Of a DNA stretch of 64,000 nt, positions 20,485-29,082 are shown piece by piece. The translations under genes and the position numbers were made by a program. This DNA comes from Wickerhamiella versatilis. Its lineage: Eukaryota. Position 1 is the stretch's first letter, and each line of letters opens with the position of its first letter. Where the stretch lies: contig JAQOWU010000008.1 of NCBI GenBank assembly GCA_030867685.1, positions 2,108,001 to 2,172,000 on the forward strand, in the 5' to 3' direction. The notes under the pieces were generated by a model. The model did not search any database. It saw only the letters and a list, made by a program, of their open reading frames with translations, and was not told the origin of the DNA.

Positions 20485-23400
20485 ATGTCTATTCGGTCAA
20501 TTTCGATTGAAGGATTTACGAGTTACCGAAATAAGACGCAAGTTTTTGGATTGGTCAATGGACTGAATGCTGTTGTAGGACGAAATGGAACTGGTAAATC
20601 TAACTTTTTTGCGGCTGTTCGTTGGCTACTTTCCGGACTTGACGAAGTTCCGGCCGAACAGTTAATTCATGCCCAAGGAAGTAGCAATGAAGCTGCTGTG
20701 GAAATAATAATGGATAATTCTACCAGAAGATTCCCTAATTTTGGCCTGCAAGTTTCTCTGAAGAGAGTACTCTCGATAAAAACTGGTGGAATTCGGTCCG
20801 ATGAATGGTTTATCGATGAAAGGAGGGTTACACGAGCACAAATGGGCGCTCTTCTGGAGGGTGCAGGCTTTACAGGGAACTCGTTTTTCATTGTTCCTCA
20901 GGGGAAGGTTGCTCTACTCGCTACAGCAAAGCCACGGGAGCGCCTTACTGCATTGAGTCAATCTGCTGGGGCAGAGGCTTTCGATAAAAGACAGGTCGCA
21001 GCACAGCAACTACTTGTATCTACAACAGAGCAAACAGAGGCTGCGAAAAGACATCAAGATCACGTCCGAAGTAGGCTGAGTGGCCTTGAAGCTGAGGTTG
21101 AAGACCTTAGTGCTTACTTGGAAGTTTGGAAGGCAAAAAGGGATGCAAATTACGTTGTTTTAGTTCGAGAGAGAGCTAAAATTGATGAGCATCTCACTGA
21201 GGCAGAGTCTGTCCGAAGGACCAGCTTGCAATCGTTGATGGAAGCTCGTCAGCACGCAGAAGAAACAAATGATATCATGCTATCTAAGAGCAATGTCTAC
21301 GATTCGACGCTCTCAGATGTCGAGTTTCTCAAAGAGGAGATTGCAACGGCCGAACGTTTGGTCCATCAGTGCGAACTTGAGGAGCCGCCTGAACTTGCTG
21401 CGGTTACTGAGGATGATACGGTTGATGTTGAAATAGCGGCCCTTTCAGGCATCGCTGAGCATTACACAGAGATCGAGAGCAATCTCGCTTCAGTAAGATT
21501 GAAAATTGATGAGCTTCGGAAAAGTCAGATTGCTGAAGATTCACTACTGGAGGAGATTCGTCTGAAAGAAGCTAGACTCAAACTTCCCAATGCTGTAGCT
21601 TCTATGAATAAAAGAGTCCGAGAGCTTGAAGAGGCTATCAATCAGAGAAAGGAAGCGCGTGATATCACAAAAGAAGGGATATCCACACTCGATGCTGAAC
21701 GAGTGGAAATCTCTCGCGCGTTATCGATCTCACAGGAACGGAAGCAACTGGTTCTTAATCAGTTGAATGAAGCACAGAAAGCTGAATCTGATGCACGCAG
21801 TAGCTTGTCAAAAGCAGAGGCGGAACGATCGCTTCATCACCTGTCCAACCGCAAGGCTTCGCTTGGTGATTCACAGAAGGCACGTTCAGAGGAGCAAGTA
21901 ATAACTAACCTACGGCGATACACAACAATTGGAGGCGCTGCAATCCGTGGACTACGCAACGTTCGTGAGGCAGTGAACGAGCTTCATTTGGAGGATAAAT
22001 ATCACGGATTGTTCGTAGAGTCATTAACATATGGAAGGGATATTTCTATTGCGGTTGATCGTGCTGCTGGGCAGTCGCTATTCACTCACTTGGTTTCTGA
22101 TGTTGAGACGGCAGAACTTCTTCTTAAGGAAGTGTCGAACCGGGGTGGTTTCGCAGCCTTTGCTCCGTTATCAGAATTCAGTCATACCAAATCGACTCCC
22201 TCTATTTCTCCACCTGAACCGTTTGTCAATCTGGTGGATATGGTAGAGTCATCGCCTGAGGCCCGGCCTCTTTTGATATCAGTGCTGGGAAATTATGTTC
22301 TGTGTCCAAGTATAAGCGATGCTGCAAAATGCGCAGATGAACTTGGAAGACCAGGAATCACCATTGAGGGCGATGTAATTGAACCTAATGGTGGGATAAC
22401 TGGTGGCTACAGCGGTCAACATTCAAGTGCAACGTCTGCTATTAGCGAATTCCTCAAAATATTGAGCGAACGTGCTAACTTGGTTAAGGAGGCAAAAACT
22501 CAAGCTCAATTGGCTTCTGATGCGAGCCGCCGAGTGACTGCAGCGCTGAATCAAGTACAGCAATTTTCTGTTGATGTCCAGCGTTTGACGAATTCATCAG
22601 AAACTTTGACATCAGATATACTGCGCTATGAAAGTGATATACAACGAATAGACGGAGATCGCGAACTTCAGGTTGAATCTTTGAACGATCTAGAAACTGC
22701 CATTCAGAATCTTCAAAGGTGCATCGAGATAAGTTCACTAAGTGAACTAAGCCCTGCTGAGAGCGCCCGTCTTGAAGAAGCCAATCGTTCAGTAGAAGCA
22801 CAAAATGCTATAGTGAGTCTTCAAAGAGAAGAGCAAAGATTGACGCATAAACTTAATGAGGCTAAAGAGGCCAAGCGCAAACGAATGCATCTCGAAGCCA
22901 GAAGAGATATCCAGCGCACACAGCTTGAAAATGTCGAAAAACGCTCTGCTGAAGCTACAAAGGCACAACTCCGGACTAAGCAAGCACGACTTCGTCTATC
23001 AGAGCTGCAGAGGCAATTAGATGCTAAAGAAGAGTCATTGAATGGTGCTTCTGAGGCCTTGCAAGATGCCCAGCAACTTTACCGCGAACGTACAAATGAA
23101 ATTGCTAAGGCGGAACGTCTACTTAAACGACGTGATACGCGACTAAAAGCTCTACAAGAGCTTGCAGCAACAAATTCTCATGACAGAGAAGAAATTGGCC
23201 AAGTTTCTCAGTCTGCTTTGACTGGGACGCTTCACTCGGATCTTAGTGACAAGTCACTCGACTCAGAGATCCAGCGACTGGGGAATGAGTTGGACAAATT
23301 TGAGCATGTAAACAAGCGAGCTGCTGAACAGTATGCGAAATATTCTCGAGACTTGGCAGGCCTCGACAGCCGCCAGAGGCAATTAAATGTTGAGAAAGAG

Positions 23401-23913
23401 CGAATTGCCGAGGTGATCAAGCAGTTGTCTGACCAGAAGGAAGACAAACTGAGCCAAGCACTCGCATCCATCTCTGATCATTTTGAAAGAGTTTTTCCTC
23501 GTTTGGTGAGTGGGGGTAAAGGTAAATTGGAGCTCACTGATGGCGGCATTGACTTGAAGGTTCGTTTCCCAGGCGTTCGGCAATACCAGAGGAATGAGGC
23601 CTTATCTGGAGGCCAACAAACCCTATGTGCACTGGCACTAATTTTTGCTGTCCAGTCATGGGATCCTGCGCCATTTTATATATTTGATGAGATTGACGCC
23701 AGCCTTGACGTTGAACACCGCGTCGCCGTTGCACGAGCAATTGCGGATGTCGCGTATGAGAGTAACACGCAAGTGATTTGCACCACGCATCACGAAGAAT
23801 TGGTAAATGTAGCTTCCAGAAGCTTTGGGGTCTCATTTGCTAACGGTCAATCACAGATCGAACAGATCTCTGCAGACTTGGCACGAAAGTTCTGCGAGGC
23901 ATCACGAGCATAA
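20485..23913 (+). CDS. SMC3: Cohesin ATPase Smc3 (divergent); likely start ATG 20485 rather than 20365
   Basis: 'MSIRSISIEGFTSYR', Walker A 'VVGRNGTGKSNFFAAVRW', 'LEGAGFTGNSFFIVPQGKV', hinge 'AAGQSLFTHLV', 'HVNKRAAEQY', 'LSGGQQTLCALALIFAVQ..DPAPFYIFDEIDA'. Confidence 0.92.
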   Translation: MSIRSISIEGFTSYRNKTQVFGLVNGLNAVVGRNGTGKSNFFAAVRWLLSGLDEVPAEQLIHAQGSSNEAAVEIIMDNSTRRFPNFGLQVSLKRVLSIKTGGIRSDEWFIDERRVTRAQMGALLEGAGFTGNSFFIVPQGKVALLATAKPRERLTALSQSAGAEAFDKRQVAAQQLLVSTTEQTEAAKRHQDHVRSRLSGLEAEVEDLSAYLEVWKAKRDANYVVLVRERAKIDEHLTEAESVRRTSLQSLMEARQHAEETNDIMLSKSNVYDSTLSDVEFLKEEIATAERLVHQCELEEPPELAAVTEDDTVDVEIAALSGIAEHYTEIESNLASVRLKIDELRKSQIAEDSLLEEIRLKEARLKLPNAVASMNKRVRELEEAINQRKEARDITKEGISTLDAERVEISRALSISQERKQLVLNQLNEAQKAESDARSSLSKAEAERSLHHLSNRKASLGDSQKARSEEQVITNLRRYTTIGGAAIRGLRNVREAVNELHLEDKYHGLFVESLTYGRDISIAVDRAAGQSLFTHLVSDVETAELLLKEVSNRGGFAAFAPLSEFSHTKSTPSISPPEPFVNLVDMVESSPEARPLLISVLGNYVLCPSISDAAKCADELGRPGITIEGDVIEPNGGITGGYSGQHSSATSAISEFLKILSERANLVKEAKTQAQLASDASRRVTAALNQVQQFSVDVQRLTNSSETLTSDILRYESDIQRIDGDRELQVESLNDLETAIQNLQRCIEISSLSELSPAESARLEEANRSVEAQNAIVSLQREEQRLTHKLNEAKEAKRKRMHLEARRDIQRTQLENVEKRSAEATKAQLRTKQARLRLSELQRQLDAKEESLNGASEALQDAQQLYRERTNEIAKAERLLKRRDTRLKALQELAATNSHDREEIGQVSQSALTGTLHSDLSDKSLDSEIQRLGNELDKFEHVNKRAAEQYAKYSRDLAGLDSRQRQLNVEKERIAEVIKQLSDQKEDKLSQALASISDHFERVFPRLVSGGKGKLELTDGGIDLKVRFPGVRQYQRNEALSGGQQTLCALALIFAVQSWDPAPFYIFDEIDASLDVEHRVAVARAIADVAYESNTQVICTTHHEELVNVASRSFGVSFANGQSQIEQISADLARKFCEASRA

Positions 23914-24148
23914 ATTTATGCTATTCCATTTATATATTCTTAGGTTTTAAAGCCCATTATGAGAGCTTCATCTATAACCAACTATTACATTCGAACTTTT
24001 GCTCTGACCCTGCAGGGGGATGTTGATCAGAGGGGTTCTTGAAATAAACTACCTCTGGGACTACAATGGGTAACAAATTATAAGCTTGGAATAGAACCTA
24101 CCTAATTTTGCCACTAAATTTATTCACGATAATTAGGACCCCAAATCT

Positions 24149-24231
24149 ACGCGTGTGACCTCCTAGATAAATTACAAGACAGAATAAGGAATGCATAGGG
24201 TTGGGAAGACGTTAACATAGCGCGTACGCGT
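24149..24231. promoter_or_regulatory. MCB cluster upstream of the NRM1-like gene
   Basis: ACGCGT 24149, GCGCGT 24220, ACGCGT 24226. Confidence 0.6.
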
Positions 24232-24448
24232 CATACGCAATGATGCTTCAAAGCGCAACTAAAATGCGTCTTCAGGTTACTTTATGTAGTCTACACGAGG
24301 AAATAACAAAAAAAGAATATTATGGTTCTCCCCCACGGATGTGATCATATTGAACAGGGTTAGGGCGTTCCCTGGAATTTGTAGCGCGGGATGAGCAAAT
24401 AGATATATACCCTAGCATCCCCATTCACGTTCCCAGCAGATAACGTGC

Positions 24449-24634
24449 ATGAACGCGACGACAGCAATACCAGTGGCACACGTACTTGGCTCTCCAGCAC
24501 AAATAGAGCGGCAGAGCATTGATGAGCGTGCAATGCAGCACGCACGACAGCTACAGCTTCGTTTGCGAATCGCACTATTCAAGGTAAAAACGAACCAACT
24601 TTCACGACCGATCAGCGAGCTCATTAGCAATTAA
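24449..24634 (+). CDS. NRM1: Minimal Nrm1/Whi5-family G1/S repressor (GTB motif)
   Basis: 'ARQLQLRLRIALFKVKTNQLSRPISEL' matches the Whi5/Nrm1 GTB motif; MCB elements upstream; in-frame TAG at 24413-24415 limits the ORF. Confidence 0.72.
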   Translation: MNATTAIPVAHVLGSPAQIERQSIDERAMQHARQLQLRLRIALFKVKTNQLSRPISELISN

Positions 24635-24648
24635 CGACTTATTATGCC

Positions 24649-26385
24649 TCAATGAATTTCTGCTAATAATGCGCTAAGTCTACTGGAGTCCACAAATAAC
24701 GCGCGAAGGAGGTTATGCAACTCTATTGGTTCAAAATCCAGGAGCTGTCCTGCTTCCCAAAGACCCTTGATGTCGTGTAAATTACCGTTCAGCACATGCT
24801 TCAACCCTTGAAGCTTCAGCCAAGATGGCACTTCATCTGCCACATTATAATTTGGGAAGGCAGGAGCGATGCCCTCTAAGCCATTTATCGTCCTTACCAA
24901 TGCCGCAGAGTGTGGTTCTGCAATGTCAGGCAAAGATTCAATATCGGAAATGACCGTTGTGACCAGTAGCTCCCCAAGCTGCGACATTACCGCTGCCCTC
25001 AGGTCAGAATCCAGGGATGCTCCAGTCTGCACAAACCATTCACACAGTTTGGACGTTTTTTCGGGCGATATGGCCTTTTCGTCACGTAATACAAAACTAT
25101 TCACCAGTTGGATCAATTCATTCTCGTAGCCAGTCACCAAAGAATGAAATACACTTTGCCCAAATGGCGCAAGGTCAATATCCCCATTTTCAACCAGTCT
25201 TCTCGCGTCTCTATAAAGCGCAATTTTATTTTTTCCATAGAAATCTGGTGCTAAAGCCTTAAACAGTGCCGTAAAACCATGTAATTCACCAAGTTCATTC
25301 TTAGCCGATTCATAGACATCAAATGGACTTGTAAATCGTTCTGACTGGTTTGGATGAACACTATTATCCCCATCATCATTGTAATTGTTGTTGTTACTAT
25401 TGTCGTTGTCGTCGTTGTCGTCATCGTCATCCCAGTCCCAATCATCCTTCGGTTCAGCACTCTCGACTTGAGCTTTATCGGAGAGCCAAGCATGTTTTTC
25501 AGGCGAATAAGACCCTTTCAAAATATCTCTTAGGGCACATAGGTACGAGTTTTGGCGGCAAAGGCGCCATTCACCTTCGATTCCAGTTGTGAAATGGGAC
25601 AGGTCATCACCGCGTGCCCAATTGTGTTTTCGAAGTACAGTCTCCAAATCTTCGATATCCTTGACTGGAAATTGAGATAGATCTTCTCGAGATACGGGAA
25701 GTCTCAGCCGAAGGGCAGGTATTAAATTAATATAGAGCTGCTGCGAAAATCGACGAGCTATGCGTGATTTCAATGGAGTCTCGTCAAGTGCAGCAACAAA
25801 CAACGATATGGCATTTAGGGATTTCCTAAGCTCAGCTTCACTGTAAATGACAGTTATTGTCTGCCCATTATCATCAATCTTTACCTCAGAGCATCTCAAG
25901 CTGGCTAATTTCTCCACAACTTTTGCAATATGGTGCAATGTGCGATCGAGCTCACGTGGAGCATGTGAGGCAACAGAATCTACTGGTGCGGTGGAAGATA
26001 TTTTAAAGGTAGTTTGTTCATTTTCGTCAATGAAATTCACGTTGGAATGCCATTGGTCTAGGAGCTGGTTAGTTAAATCACCTTTCAGAGCTAGTAGCTG
26101 CTTCCTTATATCATTTGCAAGTAAAGTTCCCTGATATATCCTGCAAAATTCCTCAGACTTCCTTTCGAGAGTTTCCAGAGTAAATAATGCAGAATCTGTG
26201 CCAATATCTGCAAGGGCATTTACTTCCTGAAACCCAGCTTTTATCACCCAAAGCGTATCTATCACATGCTGTTCGATATCAAGGTTGTTTGGTGCCTCCT
26301 TGGAATTCTCAGTAGGAACCTGAATTAGCTCCAAGAGCTCGCTGGACGCCTTGTTAAGCTGCTGTTCCAGCTCGACACTTGACAT
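24649..26385 (-). CDS. DSL1: ER retrograde tether Dsl1/ZW10 (ATG at 26385)
   Basis: Acidic Trp lasso 'KDDWDWDDDDD', 'IESLPDIAEPHSAAL', C-terminal 'FEPIELHNLLRALFVDS'. Confidence 0.85.
   Translation of the reverse strand: MSSVELEQQLNKASSELLELIQVPTENSKEAPNNLDIEQHVIDTLWVIKAGFQEVNALADIGTDSALFTLETLERKSEEFCRIYQGTLLANDIRKQLLALKGDLTNQLLDQWHSNVNFIDENEQTTFKISSTAPVDSVASHAPRELDRTLHHIAKVVEKLASLRCSEVKIDDNGQTITVIYSEAELRKSLNAISLFVAALDETPLKSRIARRFSQQLYINLIPALRLRLPVSREDLSQFPVKDIEDLETVLRKHNWARGDDLSHFTTGIEGEWRLCRQNSYLCALRDILKGSYSPEKHAWLSDKAQVESAEPKDDWDWDDDDDNDDNDNSNNNNYNDDGDNSVHPNQSERFTSPFDVYESAKNELGELHGFTALFKALAPDFYGKNKIALYRDARRLVENGDIDLAPFGQSVFHSLVTGYENELIQLVNSFVLRDEKAISPEKTSKLCEWFVQTGASLDSDLRAAVMSQLGELLVTTVISDIESLPDIAEPHSAALVRTINGLEGIAPAFPNYNVADEVPSWLKLQGLKHVLNGNLHDIKGLWEAGQLLDFEPIELHNLLRALFVDSSRLSALLAEIH
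25369..25450. repeat. Trinucleotide GTC/GTT/ATC tract encoding the D/N-rich Dsl1 lasso
   Basis: catcatcattgtaattgttgttgttactattgtcgttgtcgtcgttgtcgtcatcgtcatc. Confidence 0.7.
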
Positions 26386-26781
26386 TGATGACAAACAAGA
26401 ACCGTACCACCCTGGGATAACTAGTGGTACCTCTTTCTGTTAAAGTAGGTATCGACAGCGAGAAGAAGTATATCACAAGATGTAGAATTTGAATTAATAT
26501 GCTAAATAAAATAGAAGTACTCGATTAGTTGCAGTGACAAACACGCCATGGTACATTTGAGCAATGACGAACAACATGACTATTGCGATTTTATCAGTTG
26601 TAGTGACCTGTAATAGCACAAAACTCAGGCTAAACTTGTTTCTTTTTGCCTGAAATAATAAACATCATGTGCGATTAAGTAACTCTCTATTGTTTGCTAG
26701 CTATAAGTGTGCTCCCCGTTTAGTACTTACAATTCAGGCAGAAGTAGCGGGATGCTAACAACCTCCCTGTGATAATTCACC

Positions 26782-27114
26782 ATGCCCTACAAGTATTGGA
26801 TACAAAATGCAACAGATCGTAAGGGATACGTATGTGAACAAGGAAAACTGTCTTTCGAAGTTGCTCAGAAATTACTTGACGGTTATGAATTTGAGCCAGA
26901 ATTGACTTTTAAGAGTGTTGATGGCCAAATTTTACTTTCTCTCAATGGGTCAATAGGACTTCACAACTCAAGAGACTACATGAGGATAATAAATGAAAGA
27001 TACGCAACCTGCAAGGTCGATGCCTACGGCAGGTTTCTAGATCAGGAAAGGTATGCTCTGTGCTTCTCATATGGTGGTATATGCCTCTCGGAAAGAAGCA
27101 GACCATCTAGGTAG
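26782..27114 (+). CDS. Hypothetical 110-aa protein
   Basis: ATG in caccATG context; ORF lies in an otherwise empty gap between DSL1 and SRS2; no family recognised. Confidence 0.5.
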   Translation: MPYKYWIQNATDRKGYVCEQGKLSFEVAQKLLDGYEFEPELTFKSVDGQILLSLNGSIGLHNSRDYMRIINERYATCKVDAYGRFLDQERYALCFSYGGICLSERSRPSR

Positions 27115-27167
27115 CCTTAAAATTGATATAGTGAACGATGATGCGGTTATAATAAATATATATAGTT

Positions 27168-29042
27168 TTATGCTATTTTCATTTGCTTCATTCGCTTTTT
27201 AGTAGGTGCTGTAGCTGTAGCGGGACGTTTTGAAGGTTGGGTCGTAAGTTTACCCTGAGAAACTAGGTCAGATACAGACGTAAATGCCGTCATTTCTGAC
27301 GGAGGTGATAATGAGCGACCCAATAGAAGTGATAGTGGTTTTTCGTCAATAACTCCAAAGTCCTTTCGGTATTTATCACATTCAATATATGGCGACTTAC
27401 CTTGCTCCCCATTAAAAGACATAGAGAGAAAAAACTTAGCCCGAGTTATTGCAACGTACAATAAACGGCGCTCGTCAGCATGGTCTTCAGAACTGACTGC
27501 ATATCGTGAAGGCGAGCAATTCACCGCGAAAACAACCGGCCACTCTAGGCCTTTTGCAGAATGAATAGTAGATAGTGTAACACAAGATCTAGAGTAGCTC
27601 ACTTCTGCAGCTACCAAGACCCACATACCAACAAATTGTGCCGCTTGGGATAACTCAGAATTCGGATCGAATATGCACTGGTCAAAACTCATCTGCAAGA
27701 TTTTAATCGTCTCATCCTTGGCACCAGTACGGTTTCCAATCGACTCAATAGCCTCTTTGAGGTTTAGAAGGTCGATACCTTCTATAAATGCAAGGTAATC
27801 ATCAAGCTTTATCCGCAGATTAGAGGACACAGCAGCATCTCTAATTGCGTCAAGATGTGCATTTTTCATAGGATCGTCGCCAAATATATTTTTCAAAGTC
27901 GCCTCACCAATACCCCTTTTGGGTACATTTAGTGTGCGCAGTATAGCTAAAGAGTCACCAGGATCTACAGCAACCCGAAGAAAATCTATAATTGCACGTA
28001 CATCAGCTTTCTCTGCCAATCGCCGCCCACCACAGATACGTACAGGAACACTGGCTATAGCCAATTGCATCTCAATCGCACGTAAGCCATATAGCGTCCT
28101 TGCAAGTATTGCAATTTCCTCCGGCTTAACCCCCAGAGCCAACAATGCATTCACCTGACGTGAGACCTTTCGAGCTTCCTCCTCTACCGAGTTACATTCG
28201 ACGATTTGCGGTGGGATATTGAGCTTAGCTACTGGCCTCAGGCACAGCTCTTCCCGCCCAGGATTTCCGCGAATGACTTCATTAGCTTGATTCAGGATAC
28301 CACCAGTTGAACGATAATTTGTCTCCAATTTTACGACACGAGAGTTGACGACCTTTTGACGCATCAGCAAGAAATTAAGTGGATTGGCATTCCTGAAACT
28401 ATAAATGCTTTGGTCAGGGTCTCCCACCACAGTGAGGTTTCCTGAAGCTTTTGCTAATTCCAAGGCTATTTCGAGCTGGGTTGGACAGGTATCCTGAAAC
28501 TCATCGATGAAAACCGCTTCGACCCACTGTGGAGGCCCGGAACTTCGAAGATGCTCCAAAAACTGTAAAAGAATTCCGTCAAAATCCATTAGACCCAGGG
28601 CATTAAGGCGCCTCTCATACTTTTGAGCGAGAGTTTTTGTACGTCCACTGAATGAAGAACTTCCCATTCTATACCTTGATATTTTACCCAGGGCCTCGCC
28701 AAATTTGAGCTCACCTAACTCTTTTAAAACCTGTCGGGAATCAGACTCATCTGCCACTCCTAGGGTGCAACCAGCGCGCCGAAGCAGTAACAGTGCCACA
28801 CCATGATAGGTTCCAAAAATTATATTTTTTGCTCTTTCTGGTTCCCTTCTAGCCACTTTTTCTCTAATTTCCCTTGCTGCGGCATTGGTGAACGTCATTA
28901 CAATGCAATGCTCTGGCTTCACACTCTGGAGGCATGCTACGATTCTTTCTACCAGAGTAAATGTTTTGCCAGTTCCAGGTCCTGCCACTATTTGAACATA
29001 CCCTTTAGGCGCTTCAACAGCTTCTCGCTGCTGCGTATTCAT
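27168..29042 (-). CDS. SRS2: UvrD-like SF1A DNA helicase, Srs2 type (short)
   Basis: Q motif 'MNTQQREAV', 'AGPGTGKT', 'TFTNAAAREI', 'IDEFQDT', 'VGDPDQSIYSFR', 'LETNYRST', 'STIHSAKGLEWPVVF', 'ERRLLYVAITRAK'. Confidence 0.82.
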   Translation of the reverse strand: MNTQQREAVEAPKGYVQIVAGPGTGKTFTLVERIVACLQSVKPEHCIVMTFTNAAAREIREKVARREPERAKNIIFGTYHGVALLLLRRAGCTLGVADESDSRQVLKELGELKFGEALGKISRYRMGSSSFSGRTKTLAQKYERRLNALGLMDFDGILLQFLEHLRSSGPPQWVEAVFIDEFQDTCPTQLEIALELAKASGNLTVVGDPDQSIYSFRNANPLNFLLMRQKVVNSRVVKLETNYRSTGGILNQANEVIRGNPGREELCLRPVAKLNIPPQIVECNSVEEEARKVSRQVNALLALGVKPEEIAILARTLYGLRAIEMQLAIASVPVRICGGRRLAEKADVRAIIDFLRVAVDPGDSLAILRTLNVPKRGIGEATLKNIFGDDPMKNAHLDAIRDAAVSSNLRIKLDDYLAFIEGIDLLNLKEAIESIGNRTGAKDETIKILQMSFDQCIFDPNSELSQAAQFVGMWVLVAAEVSYSRSCVTLSTIHSAKGLEWPVVFAVNCSPSRYAVSSEDHADERRLLYVAITRAKFFLSMSFNGEQGKSPYIECDKYRKDFGVIDEKPLSLLLGRSLSPPSEMTAFTSVSDLVSQGKLTTQPSKRPATATAPTKKRMKQMKIA

Positions 29043-29053
29043 AGTCCCACTAG

Positions 29054-29059
29054 ACGCGT
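29054..29059. promoter_or_regulatory. MCB element in the 40-bp SRS2/MSH2 divergent gap
   Basis: Exact ACGCGT. Confidence 0.65.
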
Positions 29060-29082
29060 TCCTTACATAAAGGTAAGTTTCA

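Noticed and set aside
24240-24344. Short ORF MMLQSATKMRLQVTL... upstream of the NRM1-like gene, as a first exon or degenerate GTB copy
   Set aside because: Weak similarity and no convincing splice signals
27168-29042. Bacterial UvrD/PcrA horizontal transfer
   Set aside because: Motifs such as AGPGTGKT and AKGLEWPVVF, plus the MCB promoter, fit fungal Srs2
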